A stretch of 64,000 bases of DNA from Pseudomonadota bacterium. Its GTDB lineage: Bacteria; Pseudomonadota; Alphaproteobacteria; Caulobacterales; Hyphomonadaceae. Shown piece after piece: positions 40,191-49,997 of this stretch (position 1 is the stretch's first letter; every line of letters begins with the position of its first letter). A program made the position numbers and the translations under genes. Under the pieces are notes generated by a model. That model saw only the letters and a list, made by a program, of their open reading frames with translations, was not told where the DNA came from and did no database searches. The stretch lies in contig JBCBMU010000001.1 in NCBI GenBank assembly GCA_039822145.1, positions 116,400-180,399 on the forward strand, given 5' to 3'.

Positions 40191-40808
40191 ATGTCGTTTT
40201 ATTACAAACTTGCCCTTGGCATTGTGGCAGCTTTGACGCTCAGCGCTCCAAGTTTTGCGGACGGCATTCCTGGCCAACGGGTCAATCGCGGCCCTGCACC
40301 GGTTCAAGCGCATGCGCCAACGCCGCCTGAACCTGGCTGCGTTCTGATCGAAGGCGGCAAAGCCTGGTCTTGCCCGGCGCGCCCGCGCACCCATCAAGTC
40401 CGCGCTGTCACAACGCACGCGCCGGCAAGCGAGCCATGTGCGATCAATCCGCACAATGGCAAGCCTTGCGGTGAGGTCACCCGCCGGGTTGTGAAGTCGC
40501 ATCCGCCGGTGGTCACAAAACGCTCTGTCACTCACCGTACGGCGCACCCGCAGCGGACGGTGACGCATCGCTCAACCGTGCACCGGACAGCGGCGCCTCA
40601 AAGCTCCGACTTCACTTTGGATATGGCGAGCTTCTCCGGCGGCGTCGGTGCGGGTGTTGATGGCGGTTTCTATGGCGGCGGTGGCGCGGTTCTGATCAGT
40701 AGCGGTCGCAGCTATTCAGGCGTTCTGTCGCATTCGGCGTCGAGCTTTACCTTCCGCTCTGGTCATCGCGGCGGAAAAAAACGGGGCGGCGGCGGTTGCG
40801 GCTGTTAG
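40191..40808 (+). CDS. Secreted His/Thr/Pro-rich then Gly-rich hypothetical protein
   Basis: GGAGG RBS; signal peptide ending SFA; low complexity; ends GGGGCGC. Confidence 0.75.
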   Translation: MSFYYKLALGIVAALTLSAPSFADGIPGQRVNRGPAPVQAHAPTPPEPGCVLIEGGKAWSCPARPRTHQVRAVTTHAPASEPCAINPHNGKPCGEVTRRVVKSHPPVVTKRSVTHRTAHPQRTVTHRSTVHRTAAPQSSDFTLDMASFSGGVGAGVDGGFYGGGGAVLISSGRSYSGVLSHSASSFTFRSGHRGGKKRGGGGCGC

Positions 40809-40854
40809 ATTCGGCTGGAACAACCGGCCTAATCACCCCTGGACCCACGAAACT

Positions 40855-41778
40855 TTAGCGCAATTGGCCGCAGCGCTGTTCGTACATCTCGATAGCGCTT
40901 GGCATCCATTGCTCAAAATTGCTCGCCCGGGTTTCTGACGCCGGGTGCGTGCTCATCCATTCCGGCGGACGTTGCCCGCCGCCAATTTCGCCCATCCGGC
41001 GCCACAGCTCCGGCGCTTCGCGCGGGTCATAACAGGCGCGCACCAGCAATTCTAAGCCAATCTTGTCAGCTTCGGTTTCATGGTCGCGAGAGAACGACAT
41101 CAGCCCGCCTTGCGCCGCCATGCCCATGGCTTGTTGGACCATGCGAGCTTGGCCGGGATCCATATCGCCGAGACCGAGGCCAACGGCCATCGTGCCGAAT
41201 TGCGCCAGCCGGCTATTGCTCATCCGCTTGGCGCCGTGATGCGCCAGGGCATGGCCGATCTCGTGGCCCATGACCACGGCGAGCTTGTCGACATCGGCAA
41301 TATCTTCGAGCGTCACGCGCTGATCGTAATTGCCGGTAATATCGAGAATGCCGGTATAGACCGCAACATAGCCGCCTGGCAGGCAAAACGCATTTGGCTG
41401 TTCGGATTGGATGACATTGAAGGTCCAATCAAATTCCCGCGCCACGGGTTGGAACGTATATCCGGCTTCGAGATAGTCCTGTTCCATTTCGATCGCCGCG
41501 ACGCGCAAACGTTCACCAATCTCATTGACGGTCTCATAGACTTGCCGGCCGGCGATGTCGCAACTTGAATTGCGGCCGCCGCAAAGCACGTTCGACCCTT
41601 CTTTTTGCAGCATCTGGACATAGGATTGAGCGCCCAACTCCGTCGCTTGTTCGATCGAAATCGTGTTGAATTCGCTCTTGCCGGAATATGGGTTCACTTC
41701 CTGATTGGAGATGTAATAGACGCCCAGCATGAGCAGACCGATAATGATAATCCCGAAACGTCCACCTGGCAGTTGCAT
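40855..41778 (-). CDS. M48 family metallopeptidase
   Basis: NAFCLPGG, GHEIGH, SRDHETEAD, STHP. Confidence 0.92.
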   Translation of the reverse strand: MQLPGGRFGIIIIGLLMLGVYYISNQEVNPYSGKSEFNTISIEQATELGAQSYVQMLQKEGSNVLCGGRNSSCDIAGRQVYETVNEIGERLRVAAIEMEQDYLEAGYTFQPVAREFDWTFNVIQSEQPNAFCLPGGYVAVYTGILDITGNYDQRVTLEDIADVDKLAVVMGHEIGHALAHHGAKRMSNSRLAQFGTMAVGLGLGDMDPGQARMVQQAMGMAAQGGLMSFSRDHETEADKIGLELLVRACYDPREAPELWRRMGEIGGGQRPPEWMSTHPASETRASNFEQWMPSAIEMYEQRCGQLR

Positions 41779-41874
41779 TGTCCCGCTCCCAATCTCTTCT
41801 CGACACGCATACCGCACCGACCGGGCGCAGGAAAGGCGTTGACCCCAGCAACGCGGCTCGGCATCACTAATGCC

Positions 41875-42393
41875 ATGACCGATGCGCCATCCCCTGCGAC
41901 CAAACCGATCTCAATCTGGGACGTGCTGAGCGAGATGGCGCTCTATGCCTCAACCGCGCTGATCATTACTGGCTTGATCCTGCCATCCATTTGGAAGCCG
42001 AACAATTTCGTCTTTGGCGGGCAGGACTATAATCTCTACGGCATTGTCCAGACGCTGTTTGAAAGCGGCTTACCCTTTTTAGGCCTTGTCGTTGTGTTCT
42101 TTTCCGGCATTTTTCCGCTCGCGAAAACGCTGACGGCGGCGATCATATTTCGCCAAGGCGCACGGCCGAGCCCAAAGCTCGCCAGCTTGCTCAATATCCT
42201 CGGCAAATGGTCGATGCTGGACGTCTTTCTCGCAGCGCTCCTGATTGGGATTAGCCAGATCAGCATTTATATCGGGTTTGAGACCCGGGCGGGCCTGTAC
42301 TATTTTGCCGCTGGCGTGCTCTTAAACAATGCCGCAACCATGCGCCTCACTTTTACGCGCTTAAAACCACCCTATTTGACCGAACATGACTGA
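41875..42393 (+). CDS. PqiA-domain membrane protein
   Basis: FSGIFPLAK, GKWSMLDVF. Confidence 0.8.
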   Translation: MTDAPSPATKPISIWDVLSEMALYASTALIITGLILPSIWKPNNFVFGGQDYNLYGIVQTLFESGLPFLGLVVVFFSGIFPLAKTLTAAIIFRQGARPSPKLASLLNILGKWSMLDVFLAALLIGISQISIYIGFETRAGLYYFAAGVLLNNAATMRLTFTRLKPPYLTEHD

Positions 42394-43063
42394 TCCAAAC
42401 GCCCCCCGCGAGCCAAAGCTCGACATTCGCATCATCCCCGTCACGCCGCTGCAGCAGAACACGTCGCTGATCTGGCACCGTGAAACCAAGGAAGGCGTAT
42501 TTGTCGATCCGGGCGGTGAGATTGATCGGCTAATGGATGCGGCCGAGCAGTTTGGTGTGAACATTGTCGCGGTATGGCTAACCCATGGCCACCTCGACCA
42601 TGCAGGGGCGGCCACAGCCGTCAAAGAGCGCACGGGGTGCCCGATCATTGGCCCGCATAAGGATGACCAATGGCTGCTCGATGATATCGAAGCGCAAGGC
42701 GCCAAATATGGCATTGCCGACGGCAAGAATGTGCTGCCGGATCGCTATCTCGATGAAGGCGACACATTGACCCTCAGCGGTGAAAGCTTTGGGGTGACCC
42801 ATTGTCCTGGGCATACGCCGGGGCATGTCGTGATTTACCATCAAGAGGGTCAGCTCGCCTTTGTCGGCGACGTGTTGTTCAGGGGCTCAATTGGGCGCAC
42901 TGATTTTCCGAAAGGCAATCACCAGCAGCTGATTGATAGTATCGTGCAGAATCTCTGGCCGCTCGGCGATGGCATGCGTTTTGTGCCCGGACACGGCCCG
43001 ATGAGCACATTTGGTCAAGAGCGGAAGGACAATCCGTTCGTTGCAGATACTGTGCTCGGCTAA
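42386..43063 (+). CDS. MBL-fold hydrolase (YcbL/GloC-like)
   Basis: THGHLDH, PGHTPGH, GDVLFRGSIGRTD, PGHG. Confidence 0.92.
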   Translation: MTDPNAPREPKLDIRIIPVTPLQQNTSLIWHRETKEGVFVDPGGEIDRLMDAAEQFGVNIVAVWLTHGHLDHAGAATAVKERTGCPIIGPHKDDQWLLDDIEAQGAKYGIADGKNVLPDRYLDEGDTLTLSGESFGVTHCPGHTPGHVVIYHQEGQLAFVGDVLFRGSIGRTDFPKGNHQQLIDSIVQNLWPLGDGMRFVPGHGPMSTFGQERKDNPFVADTVLG

Positions 43064-43112
43064 GCTGAGCTAAGGCGCGCTCTCCAAGCTTTCAGATCCT
43101 GAAAACCAGATA

Positions 43113-43155
43113 AAGAAAAAGCCGCTGCGCCCCCAAATGCAGGGACTGCAGCGGC
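43113..43155 (-). terminator. Terminator after the porin gene
   Basis: GCCGCTGC/GCAGCGGC stem with a minus-strand T-run. Confidence 0.7.
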
Positions 43156-43212
43156 CAGTTAAACCCCGCCCTGACAGGAGGGCAAAAGGCGGGGCTTACT
43201 AAACTTGGTGTC

Positions 43213-43866
43213 TTAAAGCGCGCGGCTTACAGACAGAACGACGCGCTCTTCAGCGAGGTCGTCACCATCAACATCGGTGCCCCAGAAGCGGAGATCGAAG
43301 TCGACAAACTCAGTCGCGAGAGTCGCGCCGAGAGAGTAGTTTGTGTACTCGTCAAAGCCGTCCAAATAGGTACCAGCTGTGACATCAAATCCGAGTGTGT
43401 CTGTAGCTGAGAAGCCAGCAGAGGCATCGAAGTAGACGGTTTCATTGTCGGGATCGACATATAGGTAACCGCCAAGGTCAATTGCGTCGATTGAGAAGCC
43501 GAGGCCACCATAGACTTCGACAAAGTCGAGATCGTCTGCATCAGGATAGACATATCCGATGACGCCAACATCCCATGCGAGACCGCCTTCGGTTTCGCCG
43601 GCAAAACCACCATAAAGGTCGAGTTCCATATTGGCGCCGCCAAAGTCGACGATCGCTGCCCAAGTTCCGGCATAAAACGCACCATTGGCGTAATCAAAGC
43701 CGCCCTGAATGGAAGGGTTTTCGCTGTTCTGCGAGAATCCGCGCCAGACATAATCTGTGGTCAGGGCAACATTACCCGAGAATTCCCCTTCAGCGATTGC
43801 TGCAGGTGCTGTGAATGCGCCCGCGACCATGGCGAGGGCTAGACCGCGTGAAATCATTTTTCCCAT
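43213..43866 (-). CDS. TorF-type putative porin
   Basis: AAGGAG RBS; signal peptide; SGNVALTTDYVWRG.SQ, IQGGFDY, ELDLYGG. Confidence 0.85.
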   Translation of the reverse strand: MGKMISRGLALAMVAGAFTAPAAIAEGEFSGNVALTTDYVWRGFSQNSENPSIQGGFDYANGAFYAGTWAAIVDFGGANMELDLYGGFAGETEGGLAWDVGVIGYVYPDADDLDFVEVYGGLGFSIDAIDLGGYLYVDPDNETVYFDASAGFSATDTLGFDVTAGTYLDGFDEYTNYSLGATLATEFVDFDLRFWGTDVDGDDLAEERVVLSVSRAL

Positions 43867-44077
43867 CAATCCGCTCCTTTTAGATATTGCGATTGGTGGC
43901 GCCAAATGACCCAAGTGCACATGATTTAGCCACTTAACACATGCGAATTTGCTGCATTTTGTCCTTGTGCGCACAAAAATAGAGCAGAGTGCTTCGAACG
44001 CGCTCATATTGGCGTCTTGGGGGAGTTATGGCTGTAATTGCTGCACGTTGGTGCAGGACCGTCACTTATTTGCAACC

Positions 44078-45043
44078 CTAAGCAGAAGTAGCGTGAAGCA
44101 AAACAACCGCGAAATAATCCTGCTCATCGCGCCATTCTGTTTCCAGACGCCAACCCGTTTGTTGAAACAGCGGCAGAAGGGCTTCGAGCGCGAATTTTCT
44201 CGAATTCTCTGTATGGATTGTTTCTCCAGCCGCGAACTCAATATCCTCATGTCCGATCCGCACGGATTGATCGATCAGGCTTTCGAGATGCATTTCGATC
44301 CGCGAAGCTTGATCGTTCCAAAATGCGCGGTGGGCAAATTCGTCGACATCGAATGTCGCGTCGAGGTCGCGATTGATCCGTTTTAAGAGATTGAGATTAA
44401 ACGCAGCCGTGACGCCGGCAGCATCATCGTAAGCCGGGACCAGGATCTCTTCTGACTTGCGTAAGTCGACGCCGATTAGAAATTTGCCTGTGTCGCCGAG
44501 CAAGGCGCGCGCGGCGTGCATGAAGGCGGTGATGTCCGCATCGCTGAGATTGCCAATCGTCGAGCCTGGGAAGAATCCAGCCGGCGCGCCGATAATATTG
44601 GCGGGGAGGCCGAACCGGACCATGAAGTCCCCGACGATCGGGTGAACCCGCAAGGCTGGATAGTCTTGGCGCAATTGCTCTGCGGTCTGCAGCAAAAACG
44701 CCTCTGAGACATCAATCGGAACATATCCGGCCATATCGTCTAGCGCGTCCAAGAGAATGCGCGTCTTTGTCGAAGCGCCGGCGCCATATTCGACCAGCAG
44801 CGTATTCGGACCGAGCGCCGCTGCGATCTGATCGACATTGTTGGTCAGGATCCCGCGTTCTGTGCGCGTCGGGTAATATTCCGGCAGCTCGGTAATTTGT
44901 TCAAACAGATTGGAGCCCGCCTCATCATAAAAATAGCGGCATGGCAGAGTCTTTTGCGGCTGCGCGAGCCCTTCGAGGACGTCTTTGAGAAACACCGCAT
45001 TGGCATCTTCCGGCGCCGTTTCGAACACATCATCCATGATCAA
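44078..45043 (-). CDS. egtD: L-histidine N-alpha-methyltransferase
   Basis: [47 protein letters not shown]. Confidence 0.95.
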   Translation of the reverse strand: MIMDDVFETAPEDANAVFLKDVLEGLAQPQKTLPCRYFYDEAGSNLFEQITELPEYYPTRTERGILTNNVDQIAAALGPNTLLVEYGAGASTKTRILLDALDDMAGYVPIDVSEAFLLQTAEQLRQDYPALRVHPIVGDFMVRFGLPANIIGAPAGFFPGSTIGNLSDADITAFMHAARALLGDTGKFLIGVDLRKSEEILVPAYDDAAGVTAAFNLNLLKRINRDLDATFDVDEFAHRAFWNDQASRIEMHLESLIDQSVRIGHEDIEFAAGETIHTENSRKFALEALLPLFQQTGWRLETEWRDEQDYFAVVLLHATSA

Positions 45044-46299
45044 GCATCCCGGGCCAGGCGCAGCCCGGAGAATTGCCAGCGTTTGTCTGGCGCGAAAAAG
45101 TTGCGATAGGTCGGGCGTATATGATTATCGGGTGTGGCGCAGGATCCGCCGCGAAGCACCATCTGTCCGCTCATAAACTTGCCATTATACTCGCCGACAG
45201 CGCCGCCTGCGGTTTTGAAGCCGGGATATGGACGGAAGGCGCTTGCGGTCCATTCCCAGACATCGCCGTAAAAGTGAGGCTTTGAGGCGTCAGCTTGCAC
45301 TTGCGGCTGGAAATAGCCGCTACCGGCAAAGGTGCCGCTAGTGTCAGTCGTGCGGGCCGCCACTTCCCATTCTTGTTCAGTTGGCAAGCGCGCCCCCGCC
45401 CAGGTCGCATAGGCGTCGGCCTCATAGAAACTCACATGTGTGACCGGAGCTTCGAGATTGACCCTCTGGCGGCCGGAAAGGGTCATCGTATACCAGACGC
45501 CGTCGCCTTTCTGCCAATAAAGCGGGGCACGCCACGCCTCGGCTTGCGCGCAGGCAAAGCCATCCGACAGCCAATATGACGGCGTTGTGTAGCCGCCATC
45601 TTCAATGAAGGCGATCCATTCGCGATTGGTGACGGCGCGGCTGGCAATTTCAAATGCCGGCACAATCACCTCGTGCCGCGGGGTTTCGCAATCGAAGGCA
45701 AACCCGTCGCCCGCATGTCCAATTTCGGTCCGTCCGCCATCATAAGGGTGCCAGGTCAAAGGCGCGGCTTCGAGATTTGCGGTTTGCAGGTTCACATCCG
45801 GCTTCAAGGCCGGCGCGAGTGGATTCTGCGCGAACAGGTGCAGGATATCGGTCAGCAGCAATTCTTGATGCTGTTGTTCATGCGCGAGCCCGAGCTTGAG
45901 CAAAGCCTCATCGGCGCCGTCACTGGAGAGCAAAGTCTGCATCTGGGCGTCAACATGACGGCGATAGCGCAAAACATCATCTAAGGGCGGACGGGTCAGC
46001 AAGCCGCGTCTCGGGCGATCATGGCGGGCGCCGACAGTGTCATAATAGGAGTTGAACAGAAAGCTGTAAGACGGGTGGAAGCGCACGTCTTCGCCGAAGG
46101 CCGGCACCAGCATAAATTCTTCGAAAAACCAGCTTGTATGCGCCAAATGCCATTTCGCCGGGCTGGCATCTGGCATCGATTGGGCGGTGGCGTCGGCATC
46201 GCTCAGATGCGCGGCCAAATGCTCGGACTGCGCGCGGACATTGCGGTAGCGCTCATTCAGGGGGGCGGCGGAAACACGGGTTTCTTTAGGTTGTATCAT
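45040..46299 (-). CDS. egtB: Ergothioneine sulfoxide synthase
   Basis: [35 protein letters not shown]; FGE-type C-terminus. Confidence 0.95.
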   Translation of the reverse strand: MIQPKETRVSAAPLNERYRNVRAQSEHLAAHLSDADATAQSMPDASPAKWHLAHTSWFFEEFMLVPAFGEDVRFHPSYSFLFNSYYDTVGARHDRPRRGLLTRPPLDDVLRYRRHVDAQMQTLLSSDGADEALLKLGLAHEQQHQELLLTDILHLFAQNPLAPALKPDVNLQTANLEAAPLTWHPYDGGRTEIGHAGDGFAFDCETPRHEVIVPAFEIASRAVTNREWIAFIEDGGYTTPSYWLSDGFACAQAEAWRAPLYWQKGDGVWYTMTLSGRQRVNLEAPVTHVSFYEADAYATWAGARLPTEQEWEVAARTTDTSGTFAGSGYFQPQVQADASKPHFYGDVWEWTASAFRPYPGFKTAGGAVGEYNGKFMSGQMVLRGGSCATPDNHIRPTYRNFFAPDKRWQFSGLRLARDA

Positions 46300-46355
46300 G
46301 CCTGCTTGTTTCGCCTTTTCCGAGTATCGTCAACGGGGCCTGTTGCCAGATTTGG

Positions 46356-46904
46356 TCAGTAGCCTGGTGCGCGAAGATCAAAGTCTGCTTGCGCGACATA
46401 CTGGCTCTGACGGCCATGTCCCGTGAAGCTTTCATAAAGATGGAATTGATCGACCAGGACTGGTTCACTTTTCAAGACTTGGAAGTCTTCGCTCCAGGCC
46501 CGCACCGCGTCGAGCGGCGATTGATTGCAATAGGCCAGCGTAATGTGCGGTTTGAACGGGTCCTGTCCGAGCTTCAGCCCGAATCTACGAGCGAGCTTCC
46601 GGCAATCTGCCGCCAGCGCCGTCAGCGCATCACTGTCCTTGACGCGCGCATAAAGCGCCCGTGGCTCGCGGCGGCCGAACCAGCCCACACCTGACACTTC
46701 CAGCTCAATTGGCGGCGCGGTGATGTCAGCCAGTTCGTCGGCCAACTCATGCGCGACTTCGCCATCGACGCTGCCATAGAAGCACAGCGTCACGTGATAA
46801 TGCTCGCGCCGGCGCCACTTGGCCCCGTGCAAGTCGACCGAGAGCGGCAAGAGCCGTTCGGCAAGTGTATCTGGAACCGGCAAGGCGGCGAATAATCGAT
46901 GCAT
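46356..46904 (-). CDS. thpR: RNA 2',3'-cyclic phosphodiesterase
   Basis: Two HxT motifs (HVTL, PHITL). Confidence 0.9.
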   Translation of the reverse strand: MHRLFAALPVPDTLAERLLPLSVDLHGAKWRRREHYHVTLCFYGSVDGEVAHELADELADITAPPIELEVSGVGWFGRREPRALYARVKDSDALTALAADCRKLARRFGLKLGQDPFKPHITLAYCNQSPLDAVRAWSEDFQVLKSEPVLVDQFHLYESFTGHGRQSQYVAQADFDLRAPGY

Positions 46905-46940
46905 AATCTTCTCAGAGCGCGGCGCGCTCGGGCGTAAATG

Positions 46941-46969
46941 AAAGAAGCCCGGCGGTTCGGCCGGGCTTC
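46941..46969 (-). terminator. Hairpin after the DUF2853 gene
   Basis: GAAGCCCGGC/GCCGGGCTTC 10-bp stem. Confidence 0.7.
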
Positions 46970-46991
46970 AACAATTTATAATGACGTCAGA

Positions 46992-47324
46992 CTAGCCCGC
47001 AAGCGCGTCGAGTTTGCCGAAATGCTCGGCCAGCAAATAGTAGAATGTCACGCGTGACTTGTTGCCGCCTTCAGGCTTCAGCGTCTCACAAACTGTGCCA
47101 ATCGCGGCGTCGAGCTCGTCATTCGATTGCGCCAAAGCCAGCTTGCCGCGGCACCATTTTTCGCGCACGCGCTGAAGCTCAGTATCGTCTGAGCATGAGA
47201 CCAGCGAGCTGTCGCGATTGCGCAGCGCGATGCCGAGATGTCCGACAATTTTTTCAGCCGCGGCTTGGTTATAGCCGCTTGCATATTTTTTGATGTTGTC
47301 TTCGTATTTTGAGGCGTCAGCCAT
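46992..47324 (-). CDS. DUF2853 family protein
   Basis: DSSLVSCSD..EL.RVRE, KSRVTFYYLLA. Confidence 0.8.
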   Translation of the reverse strand: MADASKYEDNIKKYASGYNQAAAEKIVGHLGIALRNRDSSLVSCSDDTELQRVREKWCRGKLALAQSNDELDAAIGTVCETLKPEGGNKSRVTFYYLLAEHFGKLDALAG

Positions 47325-47427
47325 GAAAGTTCCCCTTTATTGGGCCGCAATCTGTTGTTTCAAATGCAGCTCGCCCAAATTTGCCCGGTCGTTCTGTTAA
47401 AGTCAAACCTGACAATGCAGAGCATGG

Positions 47428-48483
47428 TTAAGGGCAAGGTGAGGGTTGGGCCGCATGTAAGGCGTTCACAGCCTGCTCGATTTCGTCTGTCCAATTGAGG
47501 TCAAACGCATCGATACAGACTTTCAGCTGATCCATGCTGGTGGCGCCGATAATCGTAGAGCCCATGAAGGCGCGCGTGTCGCAGAACTTGATCGCCAGCT
47601 GCGAAGGATCGACGCCTAAATCGTCGGCCAGGAGCAAATAAGATTCAATGGCACTTAAGGCTTGTGGGCTCTCATAGCGTTGCAGGCGTTCAAATAGCTG
47701 CTTACGAGACCCCGCGGGCAATGCGCCATTGCGATATTTGCCGGTCAAATAGCCTTGTCCGAGCGGCGAGTAGGCAAGCAAGCTCACTTGTTCACGCACG
47801 CAGACTTCTTCCAAGCCGCCATCTTCGAAGGTCCGGTTGACCAGGTTATAAGCGTTCTGGATCGAGGCCATGCGCGGCAGACCGCGCGCTTCACTTTCGG
47901 CGAGAAAGCGCATCACCCCATAAGGCGTTTCGTTCGAAACCCCGATATGCCGGATCCTGCCGGCTTTCACATGCGTCTCCAAATGCGCTAAGATGTCCTC
48001 AAATGGCTCATACGGATGGCCATAGGCTTTGGGATCCATTTTTGAGCCAAACATTGATACGGCGCGGTCAGGCCAATGCAGTTGGTAGAGATCGATATAA
48101 TCGGTTTGAAGCCGTTTCAGACTTTTTGTGACCGCTTCATCCACTTGGACTTTGGTGTGCCGGGTCCAACTGACATCGGCGTCGCGGGTCCACAACATTT
48201 TCGACAGGCCGACAATTTTAGAGGCGAGGATGACCTCTTGGCGACGTCCCGTTTTTTGAAACCATGTGCCAATAATCCGCTCGGTTGAGCCTTGAGTCTC
48301 GGCGGTTGGCGGGATCGAATACATTTCTGCGGTATCCCAGAAGTCGATTCCACGCTCGAGCGCATAGTCCATTTGCGCATGACCTTCGGCTTCTGTGTTC
48401 TGCTGGCCCCAAGTCATTGTGCCTAGGCAGCAGGCGCTGACTGTCAGGTCAGTTCGTCCCAAACGTCGCCGCTCAATTGTCAT
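47428..48483 (-). CDS. Aldo/keto reductase (Tas-like)
   Basis: LGTMTWG, DTAEMY, DLYQLHWP, GVSNET, IQNAYNL, YSPLG. Confidence 0.93.
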   Translation of the reverse strand: MTIERRRLGRTDLTVSACCLGTMTWGQQNTEAEGHAQMDYALERGIDFWDTAEMYSIPPTAETQGSTERIIGTWFQKTGRRQEVILASKIVGLSKMLWTRDADVSWTRHTKVQVDEAVTKSLKRLQTDYIDLYQLHWPDRAVSMFGSKMDPKAYGHPYEPFEDILAHLETHVKAGRIRHIGVSNETPYGVMRFLAESEARGLPRMASIQNAYNLVNRTFEDGGLEEVCVREQVSLLAYSPLGQGYLTGKYRNGALPAGSRKQLFERLQRYESPQALSAIESYLLLADDLGVDPSQLAIKFCDTRAFMGSTIIGATSMDQLKVCIDAFDLNWTDEIEQAVNALHAAQPSPCP

Positions 48484-48553
48484 AGATGTTTCCTCATTCC
48501 TTGATCGGCGAAAACGATAAGTGGCGAATCTTGCCCTGACCAGCCCAGTTCTT

Positions 48554-48582
48554 CTTGAAAAGCGATAAAAAAACCCTCATAC
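48554..48582 (+). promoter_or_regulatory. Possible RpoH-type promoter of the BI-1/YccA gene
   Basis: CTTGAAA...CCCTCATAC. Confidence 0.4.
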
Positions 48583-48630
48583 TATAGGCAATCCGCGCGC
48601 TCGTGCGCGGGCCTTTGAAAAGAGGATCAA

Positions 48631-49395
48631 ATGAACAACTTCAACTCATCCATGGCGCAAGGCCGGACGATGGATATGAGCGTGAATGTGGGCCTACGCT
48701 CTTTCATGCTCGGTGTGTATAACAAGCTCGCGCTTGGTATCGCGGTTTCAGGCATCATTGCTTACATTGCAGGGTCTGTCGCGCCTGTTAGCGCCGCGAT
48801 TTATTCGGCGCCGATGATGTACATTGTGATGTTCGCGCCTGTCGCTCTGATTCTGGGCTCGATGTTCATGATGCGCAATCCAAGCCCAGCGGGCAGCGCC
48901 TTTCTATATTGGGCGATTGTTGTCGCCTTAGGTCTCTCCATGGGCGTCTACTTCCTCATGGCCAATCTCGGCGTGGGCGGGATGACGCATTTCGTCATCA
49001 CCAAAGCCTTCTTGGCAACATCTGCGACTTTCGCTGGCCTGTCGCTGTTCGGCTATACGACCAAGCGCGACCTCGGTCCGATTGGGACGTTTGCGATTAT
49101 GGGCCTTTGGGGCGCTTTCATTATCGGCATGCTGTTCGCAGTTCTGCCAATGATCTTCCCGAGCGTGCCATTCTTTGAAGTCGGCAGCCCAATGCAGCTG
49201 ATCATTTCAGGCGCTTTTGCTCTATTTTCTGCGATCCTGATCGCTTGGAACACACAGTCTTTGAAAGAAACCTATTTTGCGCTTGGCGGTGACCAGCGCG
49301 GAATGGCGGTTGCAACCAATATGGGTGCGCTGAACTTCTTCATCTATTTTGTGAACATCTTCCAATTCTTCTTGTCGATGATGTCGAGCGACTAA
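48631..49395 (+). CDS. Bax inhibitor-1/YccA family protein
   Basis: GLRSFMLGVYN, YGYTTKRDL-like motif, about 7 TM segments. Confidence 0.92.
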   Translation: MNNFNSSMAQGRTMDMSVNVGLRSFMLGVYNKLALGIAVSGIIAYIAGSVAPVSAAIYSAPMMYIVMFAPVALILGSMFMMRNPSPAGSAFLYWAIVVALGLSMGVYFLMANLGVGGMTHFVITKAFLATSATFAGLSLFGYTTKRDLGPIGTFAIMGLWGAFIIGMLFAVLPMIFPSVPFFEVGSPMQLIISGAFALFSAILIAWNTQSLKETYFALGGDQRGMAVATNMGALNFFIYFVNIFQFFLSMMSSD

Positions 49396-49414
49396 GGTCG
49401 ACTCCAACTCAATC

Positions 49415-49445
49415 AAAAACCCCGGCCAAGTGCCGGGGTTTTTTT
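49415..49445 (+). terminator. Rho-independent terminator
   Basis: AAAAACCCCGGC-caagt-GCCGGGGTTTTTTT. Confidence 0.85.
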
Positions 49446-49476
49446 GTTTGACCTTGCGGTGAAGTTTCGTATCCTG

Positions 49477-49491
49477 GAACAAGACAGGAAC
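49477..49491 (+). promoter_or_regulatory. Alphaproteobacterial LexA (SOS) box
   Basis: GAAC-aagacag-GAAC, downstream of TTGACC (49448). Confidence 0.85.
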
Positions 49492-49508
49492 ACGGGAGGG
49501 CCGCGCAC

Positions 49509-49952
49509 ATGCAGAAGACCGGTGCTGAAACACCGAATGATCCGCGGGCTGCGCAGATTGCGCGCGGAGTTTTGCGGCTCCTTCACGATCACGGTTATGC
49601 TGGGGTCACTGAAATGACGCTGGCCAATGGTCGCCGCGCCGATGTCGCCGCGATCGGGCCAGGCGGCGAGATTACGATTGTTGAGATTAAATCCTCCATT
49701 GCCGATTTTCGCAGCGATCAGAAATGGCCAGACTATCGGCCTTTTTGTGACCGCTTCTATTTTGCTGTCGGCGAAGACTTTCCGCAGGATCTTATTCCCG
49801 AAGAGACCGGTCTGATCATTGCCGATGCCTATGGCGGCGCGATTGTCCGCGAGCCGGCCTGTGAGAAATTGGTGGCGGCCCGGCGCAAAGCTGTCACGCT
49901 TCGATTTGCGCGCCTTGCAGCGGCGCGCTTATGCCAGCCGGTGATTGCGTGA
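49509..49952 (+). CDS. mmcB: MmcB family DNA repair protein
   Basis: LANGRRADV, IVEIKSS..DF..D.KW.DY..FCDRFYFAV; SOS box upstream. Confidence 0.9.
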   Translation: MQKTGAETPNDPRAAQIARGVLRLLHDHGYAGVTEMTLANGRRADVAAIGPGGEITIVEIKSSIADFRSDQKWPDYRPFCDRFYFAVGEDFPQDLIPEETGLIIADAYGGAIVREPACEKLVAARRKAVTLRFARLAAARLCQPVIA

Positions 49953-49997
49953 CAAAGCCTATGGACTCTTTGATCAGGCAAACCTAGCTGCACACGC

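Noticed and set aside
43887-43935. Sigma54 promoters for the porin gene
   Set aside because: Both minus-strand candidates have GG-N11-GC spacing, one base off the strict requirement.
44078-46299. Selenoneine (senABC) or ovothiol cluster
   Set aside because: No SelD-like or glycosyltransferase gene nearby and no fused C-terminal methyltransferase on EgtB.
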